From a virus, in IMG/VR virus record IMGVR_UViG_3300049440_000308, positions 1-62,308 of that record: a stretch of 62,308 bases of DNA, one strand, 5' to 3'. Position numbers and translations under genes: made by a program. A model generated the notes under the pieces. The model was given only the letters and a program-made list of their open reading frames with translations. It was not told the origin of the DNA and made no database searches. Below are positions 17,831-27,407 of the stretch, one piece after another (positions within the stretch are counted from its first letter, which is position 1; each line of letters starts with the position of its first letter).

Positions 17831-18289
17831 TTACGGTGCTCCTGGTGCGTAGTAGGGGGAACCCGGGGAAAGGGCTCCCGTGGTGCAGTTCGCGGTCACC
17901 CACGCCGCCTGCTGAACAGGCAGCGGGGTGCCGGCGACCTGGGCGGCCTCGGCGCAGATCTTGCCCGCGGTCGCGGCCTGCTCGGTTTTGAGTTCCGTCA
18001 CCATCACCGGGTCGCCCTTGGCTGCGGCGACCTGCACGCCGATGGACGCGAGCGTGGTGAAGTCCCGGGTCGTCTCCTCGCGGAGGGTGACCTGGTTGCT
18101 GTAGCCGTTCTGGATGTTCTGCGCGTTACGCGTGGCGTCCTGGGCGGACAGCCACCAGCCGAGGTAATGCCCGGCGACGGTAAGCCCGGCGATGAGAACG
18201 AACGCGACGATCAGCGCGTTCACCCACGCCGGGAACCATCGCCAGACCTCACGGGTGACCCCTGCCGGGGTCGGGTCGTCAAAGTCCAC
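17831..18289 (-). CDS. single-pass membrane protein
   Basis: Hydrophobic ALIVAFVLIAGLTVAG segment; AGGAGG RBS. Confidence 0.7.
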   Translation of the reverse strand: MDFDDPTPAGVTREVWRWFPAWVNALIVAFVLIAGLTVAGHYLGWWLSAQDATRNAQNIQNGYSNQVTLREETTRDFTTLASIGVQVAAAKGDPVMVTELKTEQAATAGKICAEAAQVAGTPLPVQQAAWVTANCTTGALSPGSPYYAPGAP

Positions 18290-18519
18290 GGGTTGCCTCC
18301 TGGTTGTCGTTGTTCTCGGTGAGCGCCGGCTGCCCGCCAGTCAGCATCCGGGGGAACCGCCGCGGGGACCCTCCACCTGCGTGCGATCAGTGCCGCGATG
18401 AACTCCTGGGCGAACGGCTCAGCGTCAACTCCGAGAGGGTCAGTGCCCTCAGCGGGGTTACGGAGGCGGAAGACGAGAGCGGCGACGGCAGCACGGGTCT
18501 CGGCGTCGGGGTCGCTCAC
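18220..18519 (-). CDS. hypothetical protein
   Basis: Coupled ORF. Confidence 0.45.
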   Translation of the reverse strand: MSDPDAETRAAVAALVFRLRNPAEGTDPLGVDAEPFAQEFIAALIARRWRVPAAVPPDADWRAAGAHREQRQPGGNPWTLTTRPRQGSPVRSGDGSRRG

Positions 18520-19283
18520 GCGGCACCCCCGAAAAGCGTCGCCTGGGAGAGACGGCGGGCGGACTTCTCGGCGTAGTCCTCTCGTGCCTCGATGCCGATC
18601 GCGCGGCGCCCGGAGGCGCGGGCCGCGTCGAGCGTGCTGCCGCTTCCCGCGAACGGGTCAAGCACCAGGCCGCCGGGCGGGCAGGCGTAGCCGATGAGAA
18701 CGTCAAGGACATGCGCCGGCTTCTGGTTCGGGTGGATGTTGAGCCCGCCCCGGTTTGCCTTCGCCGTCATGACTGACCGGGCGTACCGGGTGCCGTCGTC
18801 GGTCCACGTGCGCAGTTTCCGCGTGCCGCCCGTGAGGTGGGGGACGGCGCCGTTCGCCGCGCTGCCCTTATCCGGGCCGTCGTGCGGCAGGCGTGGCGTG
18901 GCATGGTAGATGTCCCGCCACGGCGGCCGGTACCAGTGCGCGATGCTCTCGTGGACGCGGCGCAGGCGGTCGGAGCACGGCCCGGACCCCGCTCCCTTCT
19001 CCATCACGGCGTCCTGTGAAAGGTGCCACCCGGCCGCGCCGAACTCGCCGGCATGCCCAAGGAACATCCGCAGCGAGCCGAAGCACCACAGCGAGCGGCT
19101 GACCGTCGCCGCGACCTTGAGCCACCCGTCTGGCCAGCGGTCCCAGGCGAGCGAGGTTTCCCCGTACGGCGGGTCGGCGAGCACGAGGTCCGCTTTGAGG
19201 CCGAGCGCGGGCAGTACCTCGCGGCAGTCGCCGACATACAACTGCACCTGGCCGTCATCGAAGTACGGCTTGAGCGCGCTCAT
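18516..19283 (-). CDS. DNA N6-adenine/N4-cytosine methyltransferase (beta class)
   Basis: DPPY precedes HPNQKP and VLDPFAGSGST. Confidence 0.92.
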   Translation of the reverse strand: MSALKPYFDDGQVQLYVGDCREVLPALGLKADLVLADPPYGETSLAWDRWPDGWLKVAATVSRSLWCFGSLRMFLGHAGEFGAAGWHLSQDAVMEKGAGSGPCSDRLRRVHESIAHWYRPPWRDIYHATPRLPHDGPDKGSAANGAVPHLTGGTRKLRTWTDDGTRYARSVMTAKANRGGLNIHPNQKPAHVLDVLIGYACPPGGLVLDPFAGSGSTLDAARASGRRAIGIEAREDYAEKSARRLSQATLFGGAA

Positions 19284-19516
19284 CCGGGCACCGCCTGCGC
19301 GAGCATCTCGGCCAGGGTCATCCCGAACGCGGCGGCCACCTTCTCCGCCGTCCCCAGCTGAACGTTGTCCCCGCGTTCCACCCGCCGTACCGTCGCTATG
19401 TTCAGCCCCGGGCGGGCCGCCATCGCCACCAGTGTCCAGTCCCGATCGAGCCGGAGCTGGCGGGCATAGCGGCCGAAGGCGACAGCTACGGGAACACGGG
19501 GGGCGAGAGTAGTCAT
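19280..19516 (-). CDS. XRE-family HTH regulator
   Basis: RQLRLDRDWTL..GLNIATVRRVERG. Confidence 0.8.
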   Translation of the reverse strand: MTTLAPRVPVAVAFGRYARQLRLDRDWTLVAMAARPGLNIATVRRVERGDNVQLGTAEKVAAAFGMTLAEMLAQAVPG

Positions 19517-19764
19517 GATGCCGTCTCCCGTAGCTGCACCAAGCACGCGTGGTCTGGCTCGCAAGGCAGGCACTTGAACGGCCGCTCGGTGAGTTTCCGG
19601 TGCCCGGCGCAGAGGCGTATGCCCGTCGTGATGTGCTCATGGATGCAGCCGGTCTCCCAGGTGGCCTCTGCCGACTCTGGGCACAGGGTGCCGTTGATTG
19701 TGACCTGGCATTTCCCGGGTGCTCCGGCTCTCTCCCGGATCTCCAGGCCGGCGACCGCGCTCAC
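19513..19764 (-). CDS. small Cys-rich hypothetical protein
   Basis: Coupled; several Cys/His residues. Confidence 0.5.
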   Translation of the reverse strand: MSAVAGLEIRERAGAPGKCQVTINGTLCPESAEATWETGCIHEHITTGIRLCAGHRKLTERPFKCLPCEPDHACLVQLRETAS

Positions 19765-20372
19765 CGGGACTCCCCTGCCTCGTCGCCCGTGTCCGGCAAA
19801 GATCCCTCGCCGTTCCGCATCGCCGCGTGAACCTCCGTGATCAGCTCGTCCGCCTCCGGTATCCCGGACCGCAGTCCGAGGTAAGCCAGGACGGCCCTTG
19901 CCGTGAGGCGGGACTGGTCGCAGACCACGGGATTGGCGTTGTAGAGCAGGACGTCGCCGATCTGCCCGGCGGTCATCTCAGCCGCGCCGTCGCACTGCAC
20001 CAGGCAGAACAGGTTGCAGAGGGCGGCGAACTGGGAGGCGTCGACTGTCTTCGTCTCGCCGTTAGCGGGCACTTGCGGTCCTCCTCTCGGTGATGACGGC
20101 GCGGAAGCGCAGCGCCCTTGCCGCGCCGATCGGGACAACCACCGCGGGCTTGTCGCAGTCGGCCGGGTGCGCGGCGAACAGGTGCTCGCCGAGCGCGAGC
20201 TGACCGCCGTCCTCCACGGGCCGGAACGTGGGCACCCAGTCGGGGCTCCAGGCCACGGCGAACGGGCCCTTGCCGGGCGCGGGGACGAGCGCCGCGCGCT
20301 TGCCGCCCGGCCCGTAGGCGAACAGGACGCGCCTGTCGCACTTCGGGCAGTCGCCGACCCCGTGAGGTCTCG

Positions 20373-21353
20373 TCACGCTGGGCATTCGTTCCTCGCTCGG
20401 TAGTGCCGGGGGCTGTTCTCCGTGGAACCGCACCGGCAGACGATGCCACGGTCGGGCGGGTCAAACTCGTGGTGCTCCGGGTCCCAGGCGGTAAGCGCCG
20501 GGCTAGCCCAGGGCGCGGACTCGGCGGCGGCCGGCGGCGGCTTGGGCAGCAGCACGCCGTTCCACAGGTCGGGCTCGTTGACGACGACCTTGGCGTAGTA
20601 CGCGGGCTTGCTGCGGATGACGGTGCCGGCCTTGCGCGCCCGGTCCTCGAAGATCCTGATCACCGCGCGGGCCTGGTCGTCACCTGGCAGGAACGACGCC
20701 TCGGCGCAGATCGCGTTCGCGACCACGGTCACCAGTTCGGGGTCGTCGGCGTCGCTCTCGCGCGCGTCGGATCTTGACTGACTAACCCCTTCGCGCGGAT
20801 CAAGATCAAAATCATCTTGACGCGCGCCCGCACGCGAGGGACCGGGTGTCACGCGTGACGTCACGCCAATGTCACGCGTGACACCCGGGGCGCTGACCTG
20901 CGATTTCTTCTGCTTTCCGGCCTTGCCCCCCGTGACATCGGCGCTTTTCGGGTGTGACTTCGGCGTGACATCTGTGACCGGCAGCGCGGCATGGATCTTG
21001 CCCGCCTGCTCGGCTCGCAGCCGCTCCCGGCTCCGCTGCTTCCGCTCGTTGTTGGCCGCGCGGGTCCTGGCCGTCTTCGCCTCGACGTCGGCGGCGTTGA
21101 CCACGGTCATGCCGCGCCCGCCGATGAACCGCACGCCGCCCTTGGCGCGTTTCACGACACCGGCCGCGATCCACGGTCCCGCGTCCCGGTCGGGGTCATC
21201 GGTGATGTCGGCGAGCACCGTGGACGGCACGAACCCCGAGCGGGAGTTGCGCGCGGACCAGGAGCCGGCTTGCGTCATGGATGACACCGAGCGGTCAGGG
21301 ATGGTGAACTCGCGGATGATCTCGTAGTAGTCGTCTTCGACGATGAGGGGCAT
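20373..21353 (-). CDS. putative phage replication initiator-like protein
   Basis: N-terminal DD..AGSWSARN..GFVP, then ERKQRSR, then a low-complexity linker encoded by repeats; layout typical of actinophage initiators. Confidence 0.55.
   Translation of the reverse strand: MPLIVEDDYYEIIREFTIPDRSVSSMTQAGSWSARNSRSGFVPSTVLADITDDPDRDAGPWIAAGVVKRAKGGVRFIGGRGMTVVNAADVEAKTARTRAANNERKQRSRERLRAEQAGKIHAALPVTDVTPKSHPKSADVTGGKAGKQKKSQVSAPGVTRDIGVTSRVTPGPSRAGARQDDFDLDPREGVSQSRSDARESDADDPELVTVVANAICAEASFLPGDDQARAVIRIFEDRARKAGTVIRSKPAYYAKVVVNEPDLWNGVLLPKPPPAAAESAPWASPALTAWDPEHHEFDPPDRGIVCRCGSTENSPRHYRARNECPA
20844..20978. repeat. iteron-like GTGAC/GTCAC repeat cluster (candidate origin)
   Basis: Palindrome GTCACGCGTGAC at 20848 and 20871, more GTGAC copies to 20978, and an AT-richer stretch at 20798-20820. 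Confidence 0.6.
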
Positions 21354-21648
21354 AAGCGCCGTCCCCGGTCGGGGCGGCGGGAAGCGAACAGCACGGCAGG
21401 TCATCTCCGGGGGCATCACGCGGGTTAACGGGGACCGGGAGCGGCGTGACCGCGAGATCATCAGGGCTCGCCTCCTGTCTGGGGGGTGTAGTGACCGGGA
21501 AGGCCGAGGGGGACTAGCGGGAGGTACGCCCCGCCGGGCGCGCATCTCGGCACCGCGGCGGGCAGTGCTTCCCCGGTATCGCCGAGCGGGCACAGGCGGA
21601 AGCCGAGGCTCGCGAGGAGGGTCGCGGCGAGGGCGAGGAGGCGTGCGG

Positions 21649-22254
21649 TCACTCGTCGTTCTCCCGCACCTCGTCGAGGAAGTCGAGCCACTTGGCGAGG
21701 GGCATCTCGCCGCCCTTGACGGTGGTCACGGTGATGTCGTCGAGGAAGTCCCAGAGCGTGTCGTCGTCACCCTCGCCGCCTTCCCCGGAAAGCACCTTGT
21801 CGCGGTGGGAGGCAACCGCGCGGGCGAGCCGCTCGAGCGCGTCCTGGTACTGGAGGCGGGCGGCGCGGGCGCCCGCGGGCCGCTGTTCCGGGCGGGGGGT
21901 GCGGGCCTTGACGAAGGCGAGGCGCTGCTCGACGAGCCGCCGGAAGAAGATCGCCCTGCGCCGCCACTCGCCCTGCTCGGCCCGCGCGGCGAAGTATGTT
22001 TCCTTGCCGGCCTCGCCGGCGGCGTGCCCTGCGGCGCGGGCCTGCTGCAGGTCCTCGTTGGCGAGGTTCAGCTGGTTCTGGACGTCGGCGTGGAGGCTGC
22101 CGAGGGTGTCGCGGGCCCGGCCGATCACCAGCGGGTCGGTGAGCGCGTCCCAGAGCGCGGGACTGGCGTCCTTGCCGAGCGAGGCGCGCACGAGAGTACT
22201 GAAGTCGTCGGCGTCCAGTGCCGCGAGGGCGGTTGCGCCGGGAGTGCCTGTCAT
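21649..22254 (-). CDS. hypothetical helical protein
   Basis: Coding-like ORF, first gene after a divergent intergenic region. Confidence 0.7.
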   Translation of the reverse strand: MTGTPGATALAALDADDFSTLVRASLGKDASPALWDALTDPLVIGRARDTLGSLHADVQNQLNLANEDLQQARAAGHAAGEAGKETYFAARAEQGEWRRRAIFFRRLVEQRLAFVKARTPRPEQRPAGARAARLQYQDALERLARAVASHRDKVLSGEGGEGDDDTLWDFLDDITVTTVKGGEMPLAKWLDFLDEVRENDE

Positions 22255-22382
22255 TGCGGGCCGCCTGTCATATCCGGGCCGGTCATCTCTCTGATGTAAT
22301 GCCATCGGGGAGAACTAATAGTAAGAGCATAGCGGAGACCGGGGCAGTGCGCCACGTAGAACTTCCGGGCCGGTGTGCCATC

Positions 22383-22622
22383 ATGGACGCCATGAGCGAG
22401 GAGACCCAGGCGAGGCTGCGCCGGGCCGACCGTGCCTACGTCCGGCTGAAGAGGCAGTTCGAGGACGCGCGGTCCGAGCTGGCCGACGCGATCGTTGCCG
22501 AGCGGAAAGAGGGCACGCTGATCGAGGACATCACGGCCCTGGTCACCTACCGGCAGACCCAGGTGAACCGCATCCTCGAGGCGGCCGGGCTGACTGAGAA
22601 GCGCCCGCGCCGCGAGCCCTGA
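22383..22622 (+). CDS. small divergent HTH-like regulator
   Basis: ELADAIVAERKEGTLIEDITALVTYRQTQVNRIL. Confidence 0.65.
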   Translation: MDAMSEETQARLRRADRAYVRLKRQFEDARSELADAIVAERKEGTLIEDITALVTYRQTQVNRILEAAGLTEKRPRREP

Positions 22623-23300
22623 CCTCACGGCAGCGTCCTTTCCCGCCGCGCCTCAGGCAGCGCGTCAAGCAGCCGCGCGAGGCCCCTCGCGTCGTCAAGC
22701 GCGGCCAGTTCCTGCTTCGTCCACCGTCCTGTCGCCCGCAGGGTCACCGGCGCCCGGCACTCCCGCCGTCCCGTCAGGAGCTCCCAGGCGATGCTCACCG
22801 TCACCACCCCGAGGGCCATCCCCCCGGTTACCGTGATCGGGCACCCCACGAGGGCGAGGGCGATGATCAGCCCGGCCGAGATAATCCACAGCCCGGTGAC
22901 CTCAGCGACCGTGACGCGCGCCCCGCGGTCAAGCCAGCGCCTAAGCACGGTGACTCCCGGACGGCGGCGGCAACGTCCCCGAGCACCGCGGCGAGCAGGC
23001 CGGCGTCGGCCGCGGTGACAGCAGGCCGGCCTTCCGCCCACGGCCTCGGGGGATCAGGCCAGGCTCCCGCCTCCGCGGTACGCCACACGTGCCCGCCCTC
23101 AGGTGCCGGGTGCCTCGTCACTTTCGGGTAGCGCTCTCGCGCCAGGCGGGCCAGGGCGGTGCCTACCTGAGCGGTCGCGAGGGGCTTTCCCCAGTCCTCC
23201 TGCGCGCGGGCGCGAACCTCATCCGAGGTTGCCTCCCCGCCGAGGGACGCCAGGGCAGTCAGGCACCTGTCGCCCATGGTCAGGCCGCCGAGGGGGGCGG

Positions 23301-23978
23301 TCACGCGGCACGCTCCGTGGTGACCTGCTCGAGCAGGAAACCGCCGAGGTACTCCGTGTAGTAAGGGGGAATCGACTCTGCGAGTTCCTCCCGTGTCATC
23401 CAGTCCACGTTCATGACCTCGCGGGCCAGCGCGATCGGCGAGCAGTGCCCCTCAACGGAGATGACCGTGCCCGGCTGCCAGTGCCCCGCCTTGCTGGCTG
23501 GCATGAGGTGCCGCGGATGACCGGGCGCGTGAAGGGGGAAGCTGGCGCGGAACCAGCGGTGCCGGTAAAGGGCGCGGCCGAACATGGTGCCGCAGAGCAT
23601 GACCCCGTGGGCGCCGAACAGGTCGTCCTGGCCGGGAAGCCCCGCGCCTGCGACGTTCTCGATGACCCACGGGCCGCCCCAGGCCGTGAGCAGCCTGCGG
23701 ACAGGCTCCACCAGGTCCGGGTACGCGGCGGCGAGGCCCGGCCGGCAGTTCGTCATCCGGGACTTCCGCTGGCACGGCGGCGAGGCGTGAACGGCGGCGA
23801 ACTGCGCCATGAACCCGCGGTCGGCGAGCAGGGTCATCGCGTTGGCCTGCCGGAAGTCGAACGGGTAGTTCGGCATCGGGCGGTTGTCGACGCCGATCAC
23901 GTCGAACCCGGCGCTGTTATAGCCCGAGCTCGCGCCGCCGGCCCCTGAAAAGAGATCCAAGAGAAGCGGGCGGCTCAT
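23301..23978 (-). CDS. short DNA cytosine-C5 methyltransferase
   Basis: LDLFSGAGG, ASPPCQ, IENV and RHRWF motifs. Confidence 0.85.
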   Translation of the reverse strand: MSRPLLLDLFSGAGGASSGYNSAGFDVIGVDNRPMPNYPFDFRQANAMTLLADRGFMAQFAAVHASPPCQRKSRMTNCRPGLAAAYPDLVEPVRRLLTAWGGPWVIENVAGAGLPGQDDLFGAHGVMLCGTMFGRALYRHRWFRASFPLHAPGHPRHLMPASKAGHWQPGTVISVEGHCSPIALAREVMNVDWMTREELAESIPPYYTEYLGGFLLEQVTTERAA

Positions 23979-24762
23979 GACGTCCCGCCCGGCTGCCTGC
24001 GGGTCATCCCAGGCCCGTAGCCGTCTCCTGCGCGCTTCGCCGTGTAACGCCCTCTCCTGATGCGCCCTGCCCTCGCCTGCTTGCCCTGCGCGGCTCTCAC
24101 GGCGTCCTGCCACGTCTTACCGCGCAGGCCGGGTGCAGGCGGGGCAGCCGCGGGTACTCGCGCCGCCCCGCCTGGTCCTGGCGGGGAAGAGGACCCGGCG
24201 GCGGAACTGGAGTCAGCGCCGGCCCCCCTTCCCCGGTCCGAGCCCGTCCCCCCTGGAACAGGCGCGGACGCTTCTGCGGGGGCAGGGCCGGCAACCGGGG
24301 TGGTGGCGCCGGCCCTGCCCCCTCGTGCCCCGCCCGGGCTCTTCAGTGCAGGCGGGGACGTCTGTGCCGGCCCGGGCGATGCAACCCCCGGGCCGGCGTC
24401 CCCCTCGCGGGGTCCACTCCGCGAGGAGGGGCTGCCCTGGCTGCCGCACGATCCGCCGGCGGCATCCAGGGCATCACGGGCGGGAGCCATGCACGGCTCG
24501 ACCGGCCCCCCCGCGCCCGGGGACAGGGACGTGCCCGGCGCGGGGTCAAGCACGGACGGCGAGGATGGGTCACTCTCTTCGCCGCCCGCGCGATCATGGG
24601 TGCCGCAGGCGCCGTCACAGATGGGGGTGACGGCGCCTGCGGCGGCAGCATCCCCCACGGGGATAAGGGATGCCGCGCCCCGGCCGGGAGCGGGGGCAGT
24701 GGCCGGGGACTCTTCAACGGAAAGGATAACCACGGGGGCGCCCTCGTCGCGGGCCCGGCGCG

Positions 24763-25440
24763 TCATGACGCCTCCGCGGGCAGGTACGCGAGCGCTGCGG
24801 CGTGCATCCGCTCAAGCTCGGCGACAGCCTCCGGGCCGTCCTTCTCCGCCATCTCCCGCAGCAGGGGCAGGCCGGAGCCGATCGACGCGAGCACCTCAGC
24901 CCGGGTCGCCTCCCGGCCCTCCGCGAACCACAGCGCCCGCCTGGCGGGCCCGAGGCGGAACAGGTAGCCGCGACCCTCCCGCTCCGCCTTCCACCCCCGG
25001 TACCCGGTAACCCAGACGACGGACGCCCCGGGGTTGCGGCGGATCATGATCCCGGCCGGGTTCTGCGCTCCTTCGGGCAGGTGCCGGCCGCGGCGGACCA
25101 TGTTCGGGGTGATCAGGAAGGTGCAGTTGCGGGCACTGAAGGCCGCGCAGTCCAGGTGTGACGGCGGCTCCGGCGTAACGAGATTTACAGCGCACATCGG
25201 CCCGATAAGCCACGCGCGGTCCTCGCCGCCGGAAAAGCCCCGCCCGCAGACCCAGCAGAGCGAGGCGCGCAGCGCGCGATGGAGCTTGCCGCCGTCAGCG
25301 ACCCGGAACTCCGGCTTCCCGTCGATCCACGTCACGAACCACGGGACCGGCCTGCCTATCGCGTCCACCGGAAGGTCCCTCATCCGGCGCGGCATCTCGC
25401 CGTTCCACTCCGTTGCGCCCGAGCGCCTACCGGCACTCAT
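24763..25440 (-). CDS. conserved phage hypothetical protein
   Basis: GRPVPWFV..LCWVCG..IGPMC..EPPSHLDCA..CTFL. Confidence 0.7.
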   Translation of the reverse strand: MSAGRRSGATEWNGEMPRRMRDLPVDAIGRPVPWFVTWIDGKPEFRVADGGKLHRALRASLCWVCGRGFSGGEDRAWLIGPMCAVNLVTPEPPSHLDCAAFSARNCTFLITPNMVRRGRHLPEGAQNPAGIMIRRNPGASVVWVTGYRGWKAEREGRGYLFRLGPARRALWFAEGREATRAEVLASIGSGLPLLREMAEKDGPEAVAELERMHAAALAYLPAEAS

Positions 25441-25590
25441 GCCGCAGCCTCCCCTGGCGGGAAAGCGGTCCCGGTCTTGCCCGCAAGTGCAGTGCCAGGT
25501 TCCTGTTTCAACGAGGCGAGTCCGGCAGTGCCGGGGGTTCGTGCCCCTCCGCAGGCGTTTCGACTCTCGGCCCCACTGGCCGCGAGTTTC
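25390..25590 (-). ncRNA. putative TnpB omegaRNA (scaffold overlapping the tnpB 3' end, plus guide)
   Basis: Hairpin-rich tail after the last RuvC motif ending GAGTGCC-ggta-GGCGCTC..GCAACGG; position inferred from known TnpB biology, boundaries approximate. Confidence 0.45.
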
Positions 25591-26753
25591 AGCAGGTTAC
25601 GGGCCGCGTTCACGTCCCGGTCCTCGGTGTGCCCGCAGCTTTCGCAGCGGTAAATCCGCTCGGCGAGGGGCAGCTTGGCTTTCACTGCCCCGCACGCCGA
25701 GCACGTCTTACTGGACGGGAACCACCTGTCGGCGACGACGAAGGTCCCGCCGTTCCACGTCGTCTTGTAGGCGAGCATCCGCCGGGCCTCGCCGAACCCC
25801 TGGTCGGAGATCGCGCGGGCGAGAGAGCGGTTGCGCACCATGCCGGCGACGTTCAGGTCTTCGGCAACAACTGTCTCGTACCGCCCGGCGAGATCCGTCG
25901 TCGCCTTGTGCAGCGCGTCGGCGCGGACGTTCGCGACCCTGGCGTGGACACGGGCAAGGCGGGCGGCAGACTTGCGGCGGTTCACGGAGCCCGGCCGCCT
26001 GCGGGAATGAGCGCGGTTTGCCCGTCGCAACTTCCGCAGGCTCGCGCGGAGCGGCTTCGGGCCCGTCACGGAGATTGTGCGCCCGAGATCATCTACTCCG
26101 GTCAGCAGCGTCTTGATCCCGAGGTCGACGCCGATCGCCGAGCCAGGCGGGGCATGCTGTTCCGGCACGTCCCGCTCCACCTCGACTGTGAACGAGACGA
26201 ACCATCTTTGCGCCGTCCGCGAGACCGTGGCGGACAGGATACGGGCGGTACCGTTCTCCAGTCGGCGAGCGAGTTTGCGGGTGGACTCATGGGTGCCGAT
26301 GGTGCCGATCTTCGGCAGTGTGACCGTTACGCCCGAGCAGCGCATGGCCCGGTCGCTCAGCCGGAACGAGTCCCGGCACTTCCCGCGCTTCTTGAACTTC
26401 GGGAACCCGAGGCGCTTGCCCTTCCGCTCGCCCTTCCTGGACTTGGCGTAGTCCCGTAGCGCCCGGTCCAGGTCGCGGAACGCCCCCTGGTAGGCGCACT
26501 TGCTGTTCTCGCTCCACCAGGCGAGGGCCGGGTCCCTCTTCTTCTCCGCGTTCCAGAGCTTGCTCAGGTCGAATGCGGAGTACCACTTTCCCTCGGCCTC
26601 GTAGCGTTCCCTGCACTTGGCGAGCCCCCAGTTCCAGGCGAACCGGGAGGCGCCAGCGTGGGAACGGAAGGCGCGCTCATCGGCCGGGCTATGGTCGATG
26701 GCGAACTTGTACGCCCGCTTCACCACATCTCTCCGCACGCCCGCCTCACCCAT
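25437..26753 (-). CDS. tnpB: RNA-guided endonuclease TnpB (IS607/IS200-IS605 type), no TnpA nearby
   Basis: AYKF..H.GASRFAWNWGL; RuvC motifs GVDLG, AEDL and DRDVNAARN; Zn finger SSKTCSACG...CESCG. Confidence 0.93.
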   Translation of the reverse strand: MGEAGVRRDVVKRAYKFAIDHSPADERAFRSHAGASRFAWNWGLAKCRERYEAEGKWYSAFDLSKLWNAEKKRDPALAWWSENSKCAYQGAFRDLDRALRDYAKSRKGERKGKRLGFPKFKKRGKCRDSFRLSDRAMRCSGVTVTLPKIGTIGTHESTRKLARRLENGTARILSATVSRTAQRWFVSFTVEVERDVPEQHAPPGSAIGVDLGIKTLLTGVDDLGRTISVTGPKPLRASLRKLRRANRAHSRRRPGSVNRRKSAARLARVHARVANVRADALHKATTDLAGRYETVVAEDLNVAGMVRNRSLARAISDQGFGEARRMLAYKTTWNGGTFVVADRWFPSSKTCSACGAVKAKLPLAERIYRCESCGHTEDRDVNAARNLLKLAASGAESRNACGGARTPGTAGLASLKQEPGTALAGKTGTAFPPGEAAA

Positions 26754-27030
26754 GCCCTGCCCCCGTCTTCCCGCCGTGCGCGGTGATCGCGCGCCGGGCG
26801 CGGGCCGAGGTGACGGCGATCTTCCCCGCCAGGACGGCGAAGAGCGCCCCCACTCCGGCAAGCGGCCAGTTCCCCGACGTCGCCCCTGACGCGGTCATCA
26901 GTGCCGCCACGGCCTCCAGGCAGATCGCAACCAACGGCGAGTGCCACCGCCACCGGGAGAACCGGGCCACGATGAAGGTCACGGCGAACGCGGCGAAGCC
27001 GGCGAGGGTCAGGCAGGCGGAGGCGGTCAT
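26746..27030 (-). CDS. small multi-pass membrane protein
   Basis: Three hydrophobic stretches; coupled. Confidence 0.65.
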   Translation of the reverse strand: MTASACLTLAGFAAFAVTFIVARFSRWRWHSPLVAICLEAVAALMTASGATSGNWPLAGVGALFAVLAGKIAVTSARARRAITAHGGKTGAGHG

Positions 27031-27407
27031 GATGCTGCCCTCACGGGCGTGTACGGGTGCCGTGAGCACTCCCGCTGGAGCGCGGCGCACTCATCGCACC
27101 GGCAGCCGCGCTCCTCGTAGGCACTGCGGGTGCCGTGCCTCACCCGCGGGTCGGTCACGACGGCCGGGCCACGCAGGTAGGCGGCGTCCCGGCGGCCCCG
27201 CATGTAGGCCGCCTTCGCGTCCCTGCACGTGTCGCACCGGCAGCCGCTGGTGTAGGCGCCGTAGCCGTGCATGAGGACCCCCCGGTGCCTGTCCCCGGAA
27301 TGACCTTCCGGGCGCAGGCACGGGGCACCCGAGGGGAGCACCAGTCCGCACCTGGGGGATGACGGGGCACGGCCGGGGCCGGGGAGGGTGATCGGCGCGG
27401 CGGTCAT
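27027..27407 (-). CDS. Zn-finger repeat protein
   Basis: Two HG..Y..GCRCxxC repeats. Confidence 0.7.
   Translation of the reverse strand: MTAAPITLPGPGRAPSSPRCGLVLPSGAPCLRPEGHSGDRHRGVLMHGYGAYTSGCRCDTCRDAKAAYMRGRRDAAYLRGPAVVTDPRVRHGTRSAYEERGCRCDECAALQRECSRHPYTPVRAAS

Noticed and set aside
23975-24766. 263-aa Pro/Gly/Ala-rich ORF between the C5 methyltransferase and the 24763 gene
   Set aside because: It is coupled at both ends and may be real, but it is low-complexity and no function can be supported
25437-26753. TnpB as a nuclease-dead TldR-type regulator or a Cas12
   Set aside because: All three RuvC acidic residues are present and no CRISPR array is adjacent
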